Positions 54,871 through 64,000 of a stretch of 64,000 bases of DNA are shown piece by piece. Source of the DNA: an uncultured Spirochaetota bacterium. Lineage in GTDB: Bacteria; Spirochaetota; UBA4802; UBA5550. The position numbers and the translations under genes are program-made. The stretch covers positions 32,001 to 96,000 of the forward strand of contig CAWHAA010000008.1 of NCBI GenBank assembly GCA_963827275.1. Direction: 5' to 3'. The stretch's first letter is position 1. Each line of letters starts with the position of its first letter. A model generated the notes under the pieces. That model did not search any database, was not told the origin of the DNA, and saw nothing but the letters and a program-made list of their open reading frames with translations.

Positions 54871-56625
54871 ATGTCCATGGCACCCATTGATACCATCCTT
54901 GTCATTTGTTACTTCTTCCTGAGCATCGCCGTCGCGCTGGTGATGCGAAAGCGGGCGGGCGGCAGCACCGAGGAATTCTTCCTGTCCGGGAGAAAGATGC
55001 CCTGGTGGCTGGCGGGCACGACCATGGTGGCGACGACCTTCGCTGCCGACACGCCCCTGGCGGTGACCGAGCTGGTGGCGAAAAACGGCATCGCGGGGAA
55101 CTGGCTCTGGTGGAACATGGTGGCGGGCACCGTGCTCACGGTGTTTTTCTTCGCGCGGCTGTGGCGAAGGGCCGATATCCTGACCGACGTTGAATTCATC
55201 GAGCTCCGCTATTCGGGACAGTCGGCCGCCTTTCTGCGCGGCTTCAAGGCGATATACCTCGGCGTGTTCATGAACGTCATCATCATGGGATGGGTGAACC
55301 TTGCCATGGCATCGATCCTTAAAGTCATGTTCGGGGTCAGCGATGACAACATCTTCTGGTTCATCGTCGGCGCCATGGTGATCACCGGCGTCTACTCGGC
55401 GGTCTCGGGCCTCTGGGGCGTCGCTTTCACCGACATGTTCCAGTTCTTCATCGCCATGGCGGGGTGCATCGTGCTCGCGGTCGTGGTCCTCGATCTGCCG
55501 GAGGTGGGCGGTATGCAGGGGCTCATGGCCCGGCTGCCGGAACATGTATTTAATTTCTTTCCCGACATATCCTTCGGCGCCTCGACCGCCGTGGCGGGGG
55601 TGATGACCCTCTCCGTGTCGGCGTTCGTCGCGCATATCGGCGTGCAGTGGTGGTCGTCCTGGTACCCCGGGAACGAGCCGGGGGGCGGGGGATACATCGC
55701 CCAGCGCATGATGTCGGCCAGGGATGAGCGGCATTCCCTCCTGGCGACCCTCTGGTTCGCCGTTGCGCATTACGCGGTGCGGCCATGGCCCTGGATCATC
55801 GTCGCCCTGGCGTCGCTCGTACTCTATCCTGACCTCGAATACCCCCGGGAGGGGTATATCCTTGCCATTCGCGACCATCTCCCCGACGGTCTCAGGGGCC
55901 TGCTCGTGGCGGCCTTCCTGGCTGCCTACATGTCCACCATCGCGACGCACCTGAACTGGGGGAGCTCATATATCATTAACGACCTGTACCGGCGCTTTAT
56001 CAAGAAGGACGGGGACGAACGGCACTATGTGCTTGTTTCGCGGATCATGACGCTCGCGCTGGTGGTGCTCTCAAGCATGATGATCAAGTTCATGGGCAGC
56101 ATCACGGGAGCGTGGGAATTCATCATCGAATGCGGCGCGGGACTGGGCCTGGTCCTGATCCTCCGCTGGTACTGGTGGCGGCTCAACGCATGGTCGGAGA
56201 TCGTGGCCATGGTGGTGCCGATACTGGCCTACGGCGTCCCGCGCCTTGTGTCGAAAGAACCGTTTGTCCGGTTTCCCGAGAGCCTGTTTTTCATTGCCGG
56301 GGTGACCACCTGCGCGTGGCTTGTCGTCACGTTCGCCACGAAGCCGGTGGAGGAGGAAAAGCTGGCCGCGTTCTGCCGGCGGGTGCGTCCGGGCGGGCCC
56401 GGGTGGAAGAGGTTCAGGCAGGGGAGCATTGATGACGGGAACGAATCCATGCCGCGTCTCCTGGTGAACTGGCTGCTCGGCATGGTGCTCGTGTACGCAT
56501 CGCTTTTTTCCATAGGGAAGCTCATCCTGGGAGCCTATCTCCAGGGGGCGGCCCTGCTTGCGGTGGCGGCGGCGCTTTTCCTGATCATGCTGCGCCGGCT
56601 GAAAATAATCGGGGATAAAACATAG
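54871..56625 (+). CDS. Sodium:solute symporter family protein
   Basis: FFLSGR.MPWW, TTFAADTP, QRMMSA, AAYMST. Confidence 0.92.
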   Translation: MSMAPIDTILVICYFFLSIAVALVMRKRAGGSTEEFFLSGRKMPWWLAGTTMVATTFAADTPLAVTELVAKNGIAGNWLWWNMVAGTVLTVFFFARLWRRADILTDVEFIELRYSGQSAAFLRGFKAIYLGVFMNVIIMGWVNLAMASILKVMFGVSDDNIFWFIVGAMVITGVYSAVSGLWGVAFTDMFQFFIAMAGCIVLAVVVLDLPEVGGMQGLMARLPEHVFNFFPDISFGASTAVAGVMTLSVSAFVAHIGVQWWSSWYPGNEPGGGGYIAQRMMSARDERHSLLATLWFAVAHYAVRPWPWIIVALASLVLYPDLEYPREGYILAIRDHLPDGLRGLLVAAFLAAYMSTIATHLNWGSSYIINDLYRRFIKKDGDERHYVLVSRIMTLALVVLSSMMIKFMGSITGAWEFIIECGAGLGLVLILRWYWWRLNAWSEIVAMVVPILAYGVPRLVSKEPFVRFPESLFFIAGVTTCAWLVVTFATKPVEEEKLAAFCRRVRPGGPGWKRFRQGSIDDGNESMPRLLVNWLLGMVLVYASLFSIGKLILGAYLQGAALLAVAAALFLIMLRRLKIIGDKT

Positions 56626-56662
56626 GGCCGCCGCGCCACGGCGGGCCGGGGGAGCGTACTCC

Positions 56663-58000
56663 ATGACGAATGCACGGGATGATGTGCGCGCGATCCTTGC
56701 CGCGTCGATTGCGGCCGTGGACCCCGCGGCGGCGGTGGCATCGCACGTACGCCGGGAAGGGGACCGCCTGCTCCTTTTTTCGCGCGGCAGCCTGCTGAAA
56801 GAGGTCGATCTCGGCGGGGTACGCAGGATCCTCGTGGTGGGGGCGGGCAAGGCGACGGCGTCGATGGCGCGCGCCGTTGAGCGCGTCCTCGGCGACCGGA
56901 TCGATGCTGGCTGCATCTGCGTCAAGGACGGCTACACCGAGCCCTTGACGAAGATAGAATGCATCGAGGCGTCGCACCCGGTGCCGGACGGGCGGGGCAT
57001 GGCCGGTGCGCGGAAGATACTCGGCCTGCTTGCCGGTGCGGGTGAGCGCGACCTGGTCATATCCCTCATCTCCGGGGGGGCCTCGGCGCTCATGCCCCTT
57101 CCCGCCGACCCGGTCACCCTTGAGGAAAAGCGCGCGACCACCGCGATACTGCTGAAAAGCGGCGCCGCAATTGACGAGATCAACACGGTGCGCAAGCACC
57201 TGTCGCTGGTGAAGGGCGGCATGCTTGCCAGGGCGCCGAAGGGCGCCGCGGTCGTCAACCTCATGGTCTCGGACGTGGTGGGCGATCATATCGACATCAT
57301 CGGGTCCGGGCCCTTTGCGCCGGACCGCTCGACCTTCAGGGGCGCCCTCGGCGTCCTCGAACGATACGGGATCGCCGCTGCCGTGCCTGCCGCGGTGGCA
57401 CGGCGCCTGCGGGACGGCGCGAACGGGACAATAGAAGAGAACCCCGGTCCGGACAGTCCCGTTTTTTCCAGGGTCACGAACCTTGTCATAGCGTCAAACA
57501 TCATGGCGCTGGAGGCGGCCCGGAAGGAAGCCGAGGGGAGGGGATACCATGCCATCATTCTCTCTTCCATGATAGAGGGCGACACAAAGGACGCCGCCTT
57601 CTGGCATTCGCGTATTGCGCGCGAGGTCGTTGTTTCGTCGAACCCGGTTCCGCCGCCGGCATGCGTCATAAGCGGCGGCGAGACAACGGTCACGGTGCGC
57701 GGCGACGGACTGGGCGGCAGGAACATGGAATTTGCCCTCCATGCCGCGCAGTTTATCGACGGGCTCGACGGATGCACCATCGCCAGCATCGGCACTGACG
57801 GCACTGACGGCCCGACGGACGCGGCCGGGGCGGTCATTGACGGCGCGACGGCGCGGGATGCGCGCGAACAGGGGATCGATATCCACGAGTATATCGCGCG
57901 CAACGATTCGTATCATTTTCATGACAGGCTGGGGAACCTGATCATTACAGGGCCAACGAACACCAATGTGATGGATGTGAGGATACTGCTCGTTAGATGA
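56663..58000 (+). CDS. Glycerate 2-kinase (MOFRL family)
   Basis: GAGKA, LISGGASAL, GGETTV, GGRNME, TDGTDGPTDAAG, TGPTNTNVMD. Confidence 0.94.
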   Translation: MTNARDDVRAILAASIAAVDPAAAVASHVRREGDRLLLFSRGSLLKEVDLGGVRRILVVGAGKATASMARAVERVLGDRIDAGCICVKDGYTEPLTKIECIEASHPVPDGRGMAGARKILGLLAGAGERDLVISLISGGASALMPLPADPVTLEEKRATTAILLKSGAAIDEINTVRKHLSLVKGGMLARAPKGAAVVNLMVSDVVGDHIDIIGSGPFAPDRSTFRGALGVLERYGIAAAVPAAVARRLRDGANGTIEENPGPDSPVFSRVTNLVIASNIMALEAARKEAEGRGYHAIILSSMIEGDTKDAAFWHSRIAREVVVSSNPVPPPACVISGGETTVTVRGDGLGGRNMEFALHAAQFIDGLDGCTIASIGTDGTDGPTDAAGAVIDGATARDAREQGIDIHEYIARNDSYHFHDRLGNLIITGPTNTNVMDVRILLVR

Positions 58001-58308
58001 CATAATTAATCCTTCCCCGGCCAGGGAGGAGTGGCAACCGAAGCAGGCGTGCGCAGGTTGTATTTATGAACAAAGATGCGCGCTGTCCATATCCCGGCAG
58101 GGGCATGTGCGAAATCGATCAAAAAGTCTTTTTTACCGCGTACCGAAATTAATAAATTAATTAAGTTCGGTGCAAATTAATACGATATATAAAAAAAGTG
58201 GTTGATAATTTATAATTTGTTATTATTAATATCATAACACTTTGAAATATGCAATTTTTCCCCGATGAATGAACAGGAAAAATATAGTTTTTTATGAGGA
58301 GATCTACT

Positions 58309-59091
58309 ATGACGATGAGAAAGTGTTCCAAAGTTATGTCGCTTGTGGTCATCAGCCTTTTCACGGTTTCACTCGCCTTTGCCCAGGAAAAATCGGGTGA
58401 AAAGAAGGATGATGGCATTAAAAAAATGCCCGACGGCTCCTACAGGAGCAAAGATTACGACGAATCAACAAGGCCCGAAGACGATTACCTCGCCAAATTT
58501 CATGCGAATGAAATTGTGGATAAATTAATGAAGCGCAACCTGGAAGAGATTTATATGATCAATATCATGGTGAAGAATAATTCCGGCAAGGGCTGGGACT
58601 CAAAATACCAGGATATCTATAATAAGTATAAAGAAGGGATGGAACTTTATTATAAGAGGAACACGGTCTATGCCAAGAAAAAGCTGGAAGAAAATCATGA
58701 GGCGATCAATGAACTGTTCAAGGTGATATACGAGGATTACCGGAAGCAGTGCGAGGACCTCTTGAATGAATGCGCGGGCAAGATCCTCCTCCTGCACCTG
58801 GACCTGGGATCACGGATCGACCCGGACAAGGCGGACCAGCTGAGCAATAATCACCTGCGGCTGCGCGTTGCGTACGGTCAGATGGATGACGCGCAATATT
58901 CGTTATCGCACAAGTACGGCCTCGGCTCACTCTACCACCTGAGGGCCGCACGGGCGTACGGTATCTCGATACTCGAAGCGCTCGCGAAGGATGAAAACGA
59001 GAAAAAGAGCGTCCATGACAAGTACAAGGTGGCCAAAGCCGACAACATGAACAGGATCTACGCGGACAAGGGCGGCGAGACGAAAAAATAA
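58309..59091 (+). CDS. Secreted helical hypothetical protein (possibly leptospiral OmpL37-like)
   Basis: Signal peptide LAFAQ, GAGGAG RBS; family resemblance is from memory only. Confidence 0.6.
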   Translation: MTMRKCSKVMSLVVISLFTVSLAFAQEKSGEKKDDGIKKMPDGSYRSKDYDESTRPEDDYLAKFHANEIVDKLMKRNLEEIYMINIMVKNNSGKGWDSKYQDIYNKYKEGMELYYKRNTVYAKKKLEENHEAINELFKVIYEDYRKQCEDLLNECAGKILLLHLDLGSRIDPDKADQLSNNHLRLRVAYGQMDDAQYSLSHKYGLGSLYHLRAARAYGISILEALAKDENEKKSVHDKYKVAKADNMNRIYADKGGETKK

Positions 59092-59118
59092 ATCATACTG
59101 CCATATCATTCTGTTCTG

Positions 59119-59147
59119 AAAAAAAGGGGAGCGATCCCCTTTTTTTT
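59119..59147. terminator. Bidirectional-type terminator
   Basis: A run-GGGGA-GCGA-TCCCC-T run. Confidence 0.75.
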
Positions 59148-59176
59148 GTTTTTAAAATTACAAGAATGTAGTAGCT

Positions 59177-60658
59177 TTGACTGATAGATCACCATTTCAT
59201 AATGTGACAGGTCGGCGAATATTCGCAGATTTTTATGATAACATGCTGAAGAGATCCGAAATCATCTCGTACCATGCGATAGAGTGCTATTATTTCGCGC
59301 TGGGCCTGCTCGCCAGGCGGGCGGTGCTGGTCCCCCTTGCCCTCGTCGCCCTGCTCCTTGCGCCGTCTGCGACGAACAGGGAAGAATTCCCGACCTTCAG
59401 GGTCGTCATCGACCCGGGGCACGGGGGAGTGGGGAAGCACCCGATGTCGGCGCACGGCGACCGCTATGACACCCTGAAGGGAAGATATCTCGACTTCTTT
59501 AAGGAAGGCGCATCGCGGAAAGACCTGAAAGAACGCGTCATCGTCTATTCGATAGCCCGGAAGGCCGAAAAGCTTCTGAAGCACCTCGCCCCGGGCGCGA
59601 ACCATGAAAAATTTTACCGGCTGCTCGAGAAATACGCGGACGGCGAGATTCCGAAGATCACCATCATCACGGCCATGAGCAGGGGAAAATCGATCACCGA
59701 GGAAGAAGCGGACGGCATGGAAGACCCCAATGCTTCCTTCAGGCTCTTTGACTATCCGGATCCGCAGGGGATCATCCGCCACGGCCGGATATCACGGATC
59801 AACGCGCTAAAGCCGCACCTCGTGGTTTCGCTCCATTGTGCCCGGTCAGCACCGCGCGATTTTGAGGGGATGAACCCTGTGGTAACGCCGCCGCATGATA
59901 TTCTCAGCGCCGGGCTTGACTACCTGAAGGGCGGCCGGGAGGAAAAAAAATTTTTAAGGAACAGCCCCTACCGGGAGTGGTTCATAGAGGAGACCACCAG
60001 GTCTGACTTTGACTGGTTCCTGAACGACGTCTCTCTGTATTTCACCGGGTATCCTCTCACCAAGGACCTGGAGCTTGACCGGGCGGGATTCAGGGGATAC
60101 CGCTTCAACATGGTCGACTGGTCTTATTCGTGTCCGCCGGGATGGGAGAACGCCGCGCGGCACCATATAGCACGTACCCGGTATGCGCCGACCCTGCGCG
60201 ACTTCGTCCCCGAGGGAACCTTCTGGGAGCGAGAGCGGTCGCAGTATGAACGCTACCGCAGGGACGGCGGTGAGGAAGGGTTCGGCGGTGACAACGCGTA
60301 CGCGTCGTATGAAATAATACGGTACATCTGCCATTCTCTCTACCTGCACGGCGATGACCACCGCTCCCAAAAGCCGGGGAAGAGCTACATCTCTGTCTGG
60401 ATCATGCCGCTTCATGTCAATGCGATCAACGCCTTCATTGAGCTTGGGTACCTGAACAGGAGCAGAGACCGGTTGTTGCTTACAAAAAAGCAGGATGAGA
60501 TCGCGGAAGGGATCGCGGTCGGGATATTCTCTCTCCTGACGGGGCTTGAACTGAAAGATAAAAATTACAAATTCGCGCCAAGGGGAAAAGCAATTGATTT
60601 TAAAAAATACAGGATGCCGGAAGGGACAAGCTATTTTGACGATGTTGTCGGCGATTAG
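59177..60658 (+). CDS. N-acetylmuramoyl-L-alanine amidase (Amidase_3) with large insertions
   Basis: VVIDPGHGG, E, VSLHC, FIELGYL. Confidence 0.82.
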   Translation: MTDRSPFHNVTGRRIFADFYDNMLKRSEIISYHAIECYYFALGLLARRAVLVPLALVALLLAPSATNREEFPTFRVVIDPGHGGVGKHPMSAHGDRYDTLKGRYLDFFKEGASRKDLKERVIVYSIARKAEKLLKHLAPGANHEKFYRLLEKYADGEIPKITIITAMSRGKSITEEEADGMEDPNASFRLFDYPDPQGIIRHGRISRINALKPHLVVSLHCARSAPRDFEGMNPVVTPPHDILSAGLDYLKGGREEKKFLRNSPYREWFIEETTRSDFDWFLNDVSLYFTGYPLTKDLELDRAGFRGYRFNMVDWSYSCPPGWENAARHHIARTRYAPTLRDFVPEGTFWERERSQYERYRRDGGEEGFGGDNAYASYEIIRYICHSLYLHGDDHRSQKPGKSYISVWIMPLHVNAINAFIELGYLNRSRDRLLLTKKQDEIAEGIAVGIFSLLTGLELKDKNYKFAPRGKAIDFKKYRMPEGTSYFDDVVGD

Positions 60659-61919
60659 CCTCGCATGCTGCCTCCTCCTGGGCGCGCGGGCATCTGCCGC
60701 ACCCGATGATTTCAACGCCCCCTTCATCCGCGCCGCCGGATTGGTAAAGAATTCGGTCGTGAGCATATCGATTTACGAACGAGGCCAGGCGAAAAGGAGC
60801 GACAGCTACAGCAAGATTGCCTATGCCTCGGGTACCGTCATCGAGGACGGGTATATCGTCACCAATTACCATGTTGTCATGAAGGGCGACTACTACCAGG
60901 TGCTGCACCACAACGGCGCTGCCATCGCCCTCGAGCGGTTTAAAAACGGGAAATTTTTCCTGGCCGACCCCAAAACCGACATCGCGCTCCTGAAAATACG
61001 CGATCCCGGCACTGTTCCCCTGAAGCCGGTGCCGTTTGAAGACTCGAACCGCCTCTCGGAGGGAGAATGGGTCCTCGCCGTAGGGAACCCCTACGGCCTG
61101 CGCCAGACCGTGACGGGCGGGATCGTCTCCTCCAAGGGACGGGACAATATCGGCTTCGCGGATATCGAGGACTTCATACAGACCGACGCGTCCATCAATC
61201 CGGGGAATTCGGGCGGGCCGCTTATCAACCTTGACGGGAAGCTCGTCGGGATAAACACCGCTATCCGCTCTGAATCCGGCGGGTTCCAGGGCATCAGCTT
61301 TTCCATCCCGTCGAACCTGGTGAAGCGTGTCTGCCGGGACCTGGTACGACACGGCAGGGTGCGGCGCGGATGGATAGGGTTCATGGTGAAAGAGACGCGG
61401 CACGGCATCGGCAGGGAGGACAGCACGCTGAAGGTGATCTCGGTCATACGGAATTCGCCGGCCGAATCGGCCGGGCTGGCCGTCGGGGACATCATTCGGT
61501 CGATTGACGGCGAGAGGATCACGACGCTGGGCGGCCTTATCAGATCGGTGGGGAACAAGCCGGTCGGGACCACGATCGACATCGCCGTGTCGCGCAACGG
61601 CCGCATCGAGAATGCCGAACTGGTACTGCGGGAGCGGACGGTGTATAAAAAGATCAGGAAGGGCATGAACAGGCTCCTCATGCTGTACGGGATCGAGATC
61701 GATGAGAATTCCCGGACCGGCAGCGTGGTCATTTCGGACGTATCACCCCGGAGCGTGATCTATAACCTTAAAAAGGGGGACATCATTCTTTCCGCGGACG
61801 GGAAAGAGGTGACCTCGCTCGAGTCATTCATAAAGGCCTTTGACCGGCAGGGCTCCCGACTTGGAAAAATTACGGTGGACAGGGACTCCCGGACACTGGA
61901 GATACGATTAACTGAGTAA
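60594..61919 (+). CDS. HtrA/DegP-family serine protease with PDZ domains
   Basis: VTNYHV, DIALL, QTDASINPGNSGGPL. Confidence 0.93.
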   Translation: MILKNTGCRKGQAILTMLSAISLACCLLLGARASAAPDDFNAPFIRAAGLVKNSVVSISIYERGQAKRSDSYSKIAYASGTVIEDGYIVTNYHVVMKGDYYQVLHHNGAAIALERFKNGKFFLADPKTDIALLKIRDPGTVPLKPVPFEDSNRLSEGEWVLAVGNPYGLRQTVTGGIVSSKGRDNIGFADIEDFIQTDASINPGNSGGPLINLDGKLVGINTAIRSESGGFQGISFSIPSNLVKRVCRDLVRHGRVRRGWIGFMVKETRHGIGREDSTLKVISVIRNSPAESAGLAVGDIIRSIDGERITTLGGLIRSVGNKPVGTTIDIAVSRNGRIENAELVLRERTVYKKIRKGMNRLLMLYGIEIDENSRTGSVVISDVSPRSVIYNLKKGDIILSADGKEVTSLESFIKAFDRQGSRLGKITVDRDSRTLEIRLTE

Positions 61920-61931
61920 GGCGGTAGCAGG

Positions 61932-62388
61932 ATGAAAAAAATAGTTGTCTTCATGATTTTCTGCCTCATCGCGGGGCTGCCCCTGCCCGCGCGCTCTGAA
62001 GAAGCGCCGCCCGCGCCCGCCCCGCTCCAGCTGAATGCCCAATTTTATGGCGGGCTCTTGCGGACACCGGCGATACTGCGGGATGAATACTTCAAGAAAA
62101 AAGCTTAACGCGGTGGTGCTGGGGCGCGGAATGATAACATCGATCATGAAGGCACAGCGGTACAAAAAGAACTTCCGCATCGACATGATCGACCATGAGG
62201 CCGGGCGGTTGAACATCAGGATCACCTACCGCCTTCACGTCGACAGCACGCATACGATTTCAATGCTTAAGGAGAAGGAACAGCTCGAGTTTACCGGCCA
62301 GCTCATCGGGTACACGCCGATGAATTCGAGGCGCGATGCGTATATACTGGATATATTACTTGAAAAGGGCGCGATGCTGATCGAATAG
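61932..62388 (+). CDS. Hypothetical exported protein (frameshift in an A run near 62100)
   Basis: MKKIVVFMIFCLIAG signal peptide; continues as KKLNAVVLGR in the 62035..62388 frame. Confidence 0.6.
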
Positions 62389-62448
62389 GGAGCGGAGCGG
62401 CCCCGGGAGCCAGCGGCCATGTCTTCAACGCGCACCCGGCAATCCATC

Positions 62449-64000
62449 ATGAAATTAATCTGCACATTATTAATTTTATTCTCTGCGGTGCTTGCGGCCG
62501 CACCTGCCGCCCCGGGTGCCGATTGTTCCGGCACGGTACAGCAGGAGGGCTCGGTGGTCCGGAGCTTCTCATCCGGGGACTATCCCCGCTACGCGAACTC
62601 GCTTGAAGCGTTGATCACCAGGCACCCGGCTGACCCGGTTTCAGTCCTTCACTACGGCGACCTTTTCCGCCTGGCTGACCATCTGGGGGCGGGGCGCATA
62701 GCAAAAATCGCAGAAAAAATCAGGGGGACATTGGCGGCGGGCGGTGACGACTGGGCGAATGCCTGCCTGATCAATTTCAACTGCCGGCTGGAGCAACTGC
62801 TCTACCGGTTCGATCCCGCCAGCGCGAAGAGGCTGACTGACGAGTTGAAGCCGGTGCGGTCGTGGACTCTGTACGGGCCGTACCGGAAGTACGGCCCCGC
62901 TGACCAGAGGTACCCGTTCCAGCCGGAAGTGGTCTCCGCTGCGAGCGAGATATATCCGCAAAAGAGGATACGGGTCAGCAGGGCAGACGGCTGGCTGGAC
63001 CCGGGCGACCATGTCTTTCCCGCCGAGGGCGTCGTGTACGCGAAGGCTTCGTTCCGGTGGCGGGGACCGCTGCGGCTCAGGGTCTTTTCCCGGAGCCTGT
63101 ACACGGTCTTTGTCAACGGGCGGGCGGTCGCACGCAATGCCGCCGGCTCCAGGCGGACCATGAGGAGCATCCGCGCTGATAGCGCGCGGGGGATTACCGT
63201 GATGGTGAAATTGTACGGCAGGCCCTTTGAACGGATGCGGATGCTTGTTACCGATACGCATGACGTGCCGGTTTCCCCGGAGATCGTTCCGGATGCCTCG
63301 TTTTCCGGTGACTGCGACGCATCGGAGGAGAGAGCGTTCCCCGGCGCGGCACCGGCCGCAGGGCGCGATGGCGATCCCCGGGCCGCTGCGCAGCTCGGCA
63401 GTTATTTTGACGATTGCGAGAGCGAAGAGGCTGAGGCCTGCTACAGGGACTCACTTGCCAAAAGGCCCGATCCGGGCGTGTCCTTCCGTCTCGCCAGGTC
63501 GCTGATGCATGCCGGACCCGCCGGAAGGCCGGCAGCGTACGCGGAAGGGCTTGGCATCATAACCGGCCTCATGAACCGCGAGCCCGCCTTCTTTCCCGCA
63601 CGGCTGCGATGGCTGGAACACCTGGTGGATGCGCGGGAGTACGCGAAGGCGCTCCGGGTGGCGGAAGACCTGTCTGCGGCAGCGCCGAATAACCCGTTCC
63701 CGGCGGTCATCTACCTTCGCCTGTGCACCCTGCGTGGGTATGAAAAAGAATTCACCGATGCAGCGGCGAAGGCGCGGGCGATGTATCCCGATTCCGTGCC
63801 TGTCATGGAAGAGGAGGCGGGCTTTTACGCGACGCGTGACCGGGGAAGGTTACTTGATAGTATGAAAGAGCTGCTGAAAAGGGACATTACACCGGACCGG
63901 GTCCGGCGTGTAATCAGGGAATACATCTCCCGGGGCGACTACAGAGCGGCACTGGATCTGATACGGGCCCATGATTCAAACAGCGCGTTCCTGGATGAGG
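62449..64000 (+). CDS. Large exported protein with TPR-like repeats, runs off window end
   Basis: Manually translated open frame MKLICTLLILFSAVLAAA...; helical AE.CY..SLA..P repeats; no stop before 64000. Confidence 0.7.
   Translation, partial: MKLICTLLILFSAVLAAAPAAPGADCSGTVQQEGSVVRSFSSGDYPRYANSLEALITRHPADPVSVLHYGDLFRLADHLGAGRIAKIAEKIRGTLAAGGDDWANACLINFNCRLEQLLYRFDPASAKRLTDELKPVRSWTLYGPYRKYGPADQRYPFQPEVVSAASEIYPQKRIRVSRADGWLDPGDHVFPAEGVVYAKASFRWRGPLRLRVFSRSLYTVFVNGRAVARNAAGSRRTMRSIRADSARGITVMVKLYGRPFERMRMLVTDTHDVPVSPEIVPDASFSGDCDASEERAFPGAAPAAGRDGDPRAAAQLGSYFDDCESEEAEACYRDSLAKRPDPGVSFRLARSLMHAGPAGRPAAYAEGLGIITGLMNREPAFFPARLRWLEHLVDAREYAKALRVAEDLSAAAPNNPFPAVIYLRLCTLRGYEKEFTDAAAKARAMYPDSVPVMEEEAGFYATRDRGRLLDSMKELLKRDITPDRVRRVIREYISRGDYRAALDLIRAHDSNSAFLDE

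Overview
Bacterial chromosome segment, probably from a free-living spirochaete (inference from gene content). The GC-rich backbone carries rpmH-rnpA-yidD-yidC-jag-mnmE, trpR-trpB2, recN-nadK, a ccmABCDEF operon, rplM-rpsI-recX, alaS, cheX, an amidase and htrA. It is interrupted between ~30.4 and ~51.5 kb by an unusual island. At the right end of the island is an IS91/ISCR-type HUH rolling-circle transposase gene (50117..51349, -). Downstream of it lie five identical 127-bp direct repeats (33886, 40246, 44240, 48140, 49864), one 47-bp partial copy and four diverged copies. On the transposase strand each full repeat ends in an oriIS-like ...ATTCCTATATATT. The repeats separate unrelated DNA segments of 6233, 3867, 3773 and 1597 bp, with different base composition, that mostly start or end in the middle of genes. 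The layout (enzyme - short unique spacer - repeat - fragment - repeat - fragment ... degenerate distal repeats) resembles a CRISPR- or integron-like array, but with kilobase inserts and a HUH enzyme. I propose it as a candidate DNA-fragment capture system; the mechanism is inferred, not shown. Single-base frameshifts in alaS, trpB2 and two other genes look like assembly errors, so the array junctions should be confirmed with reads.
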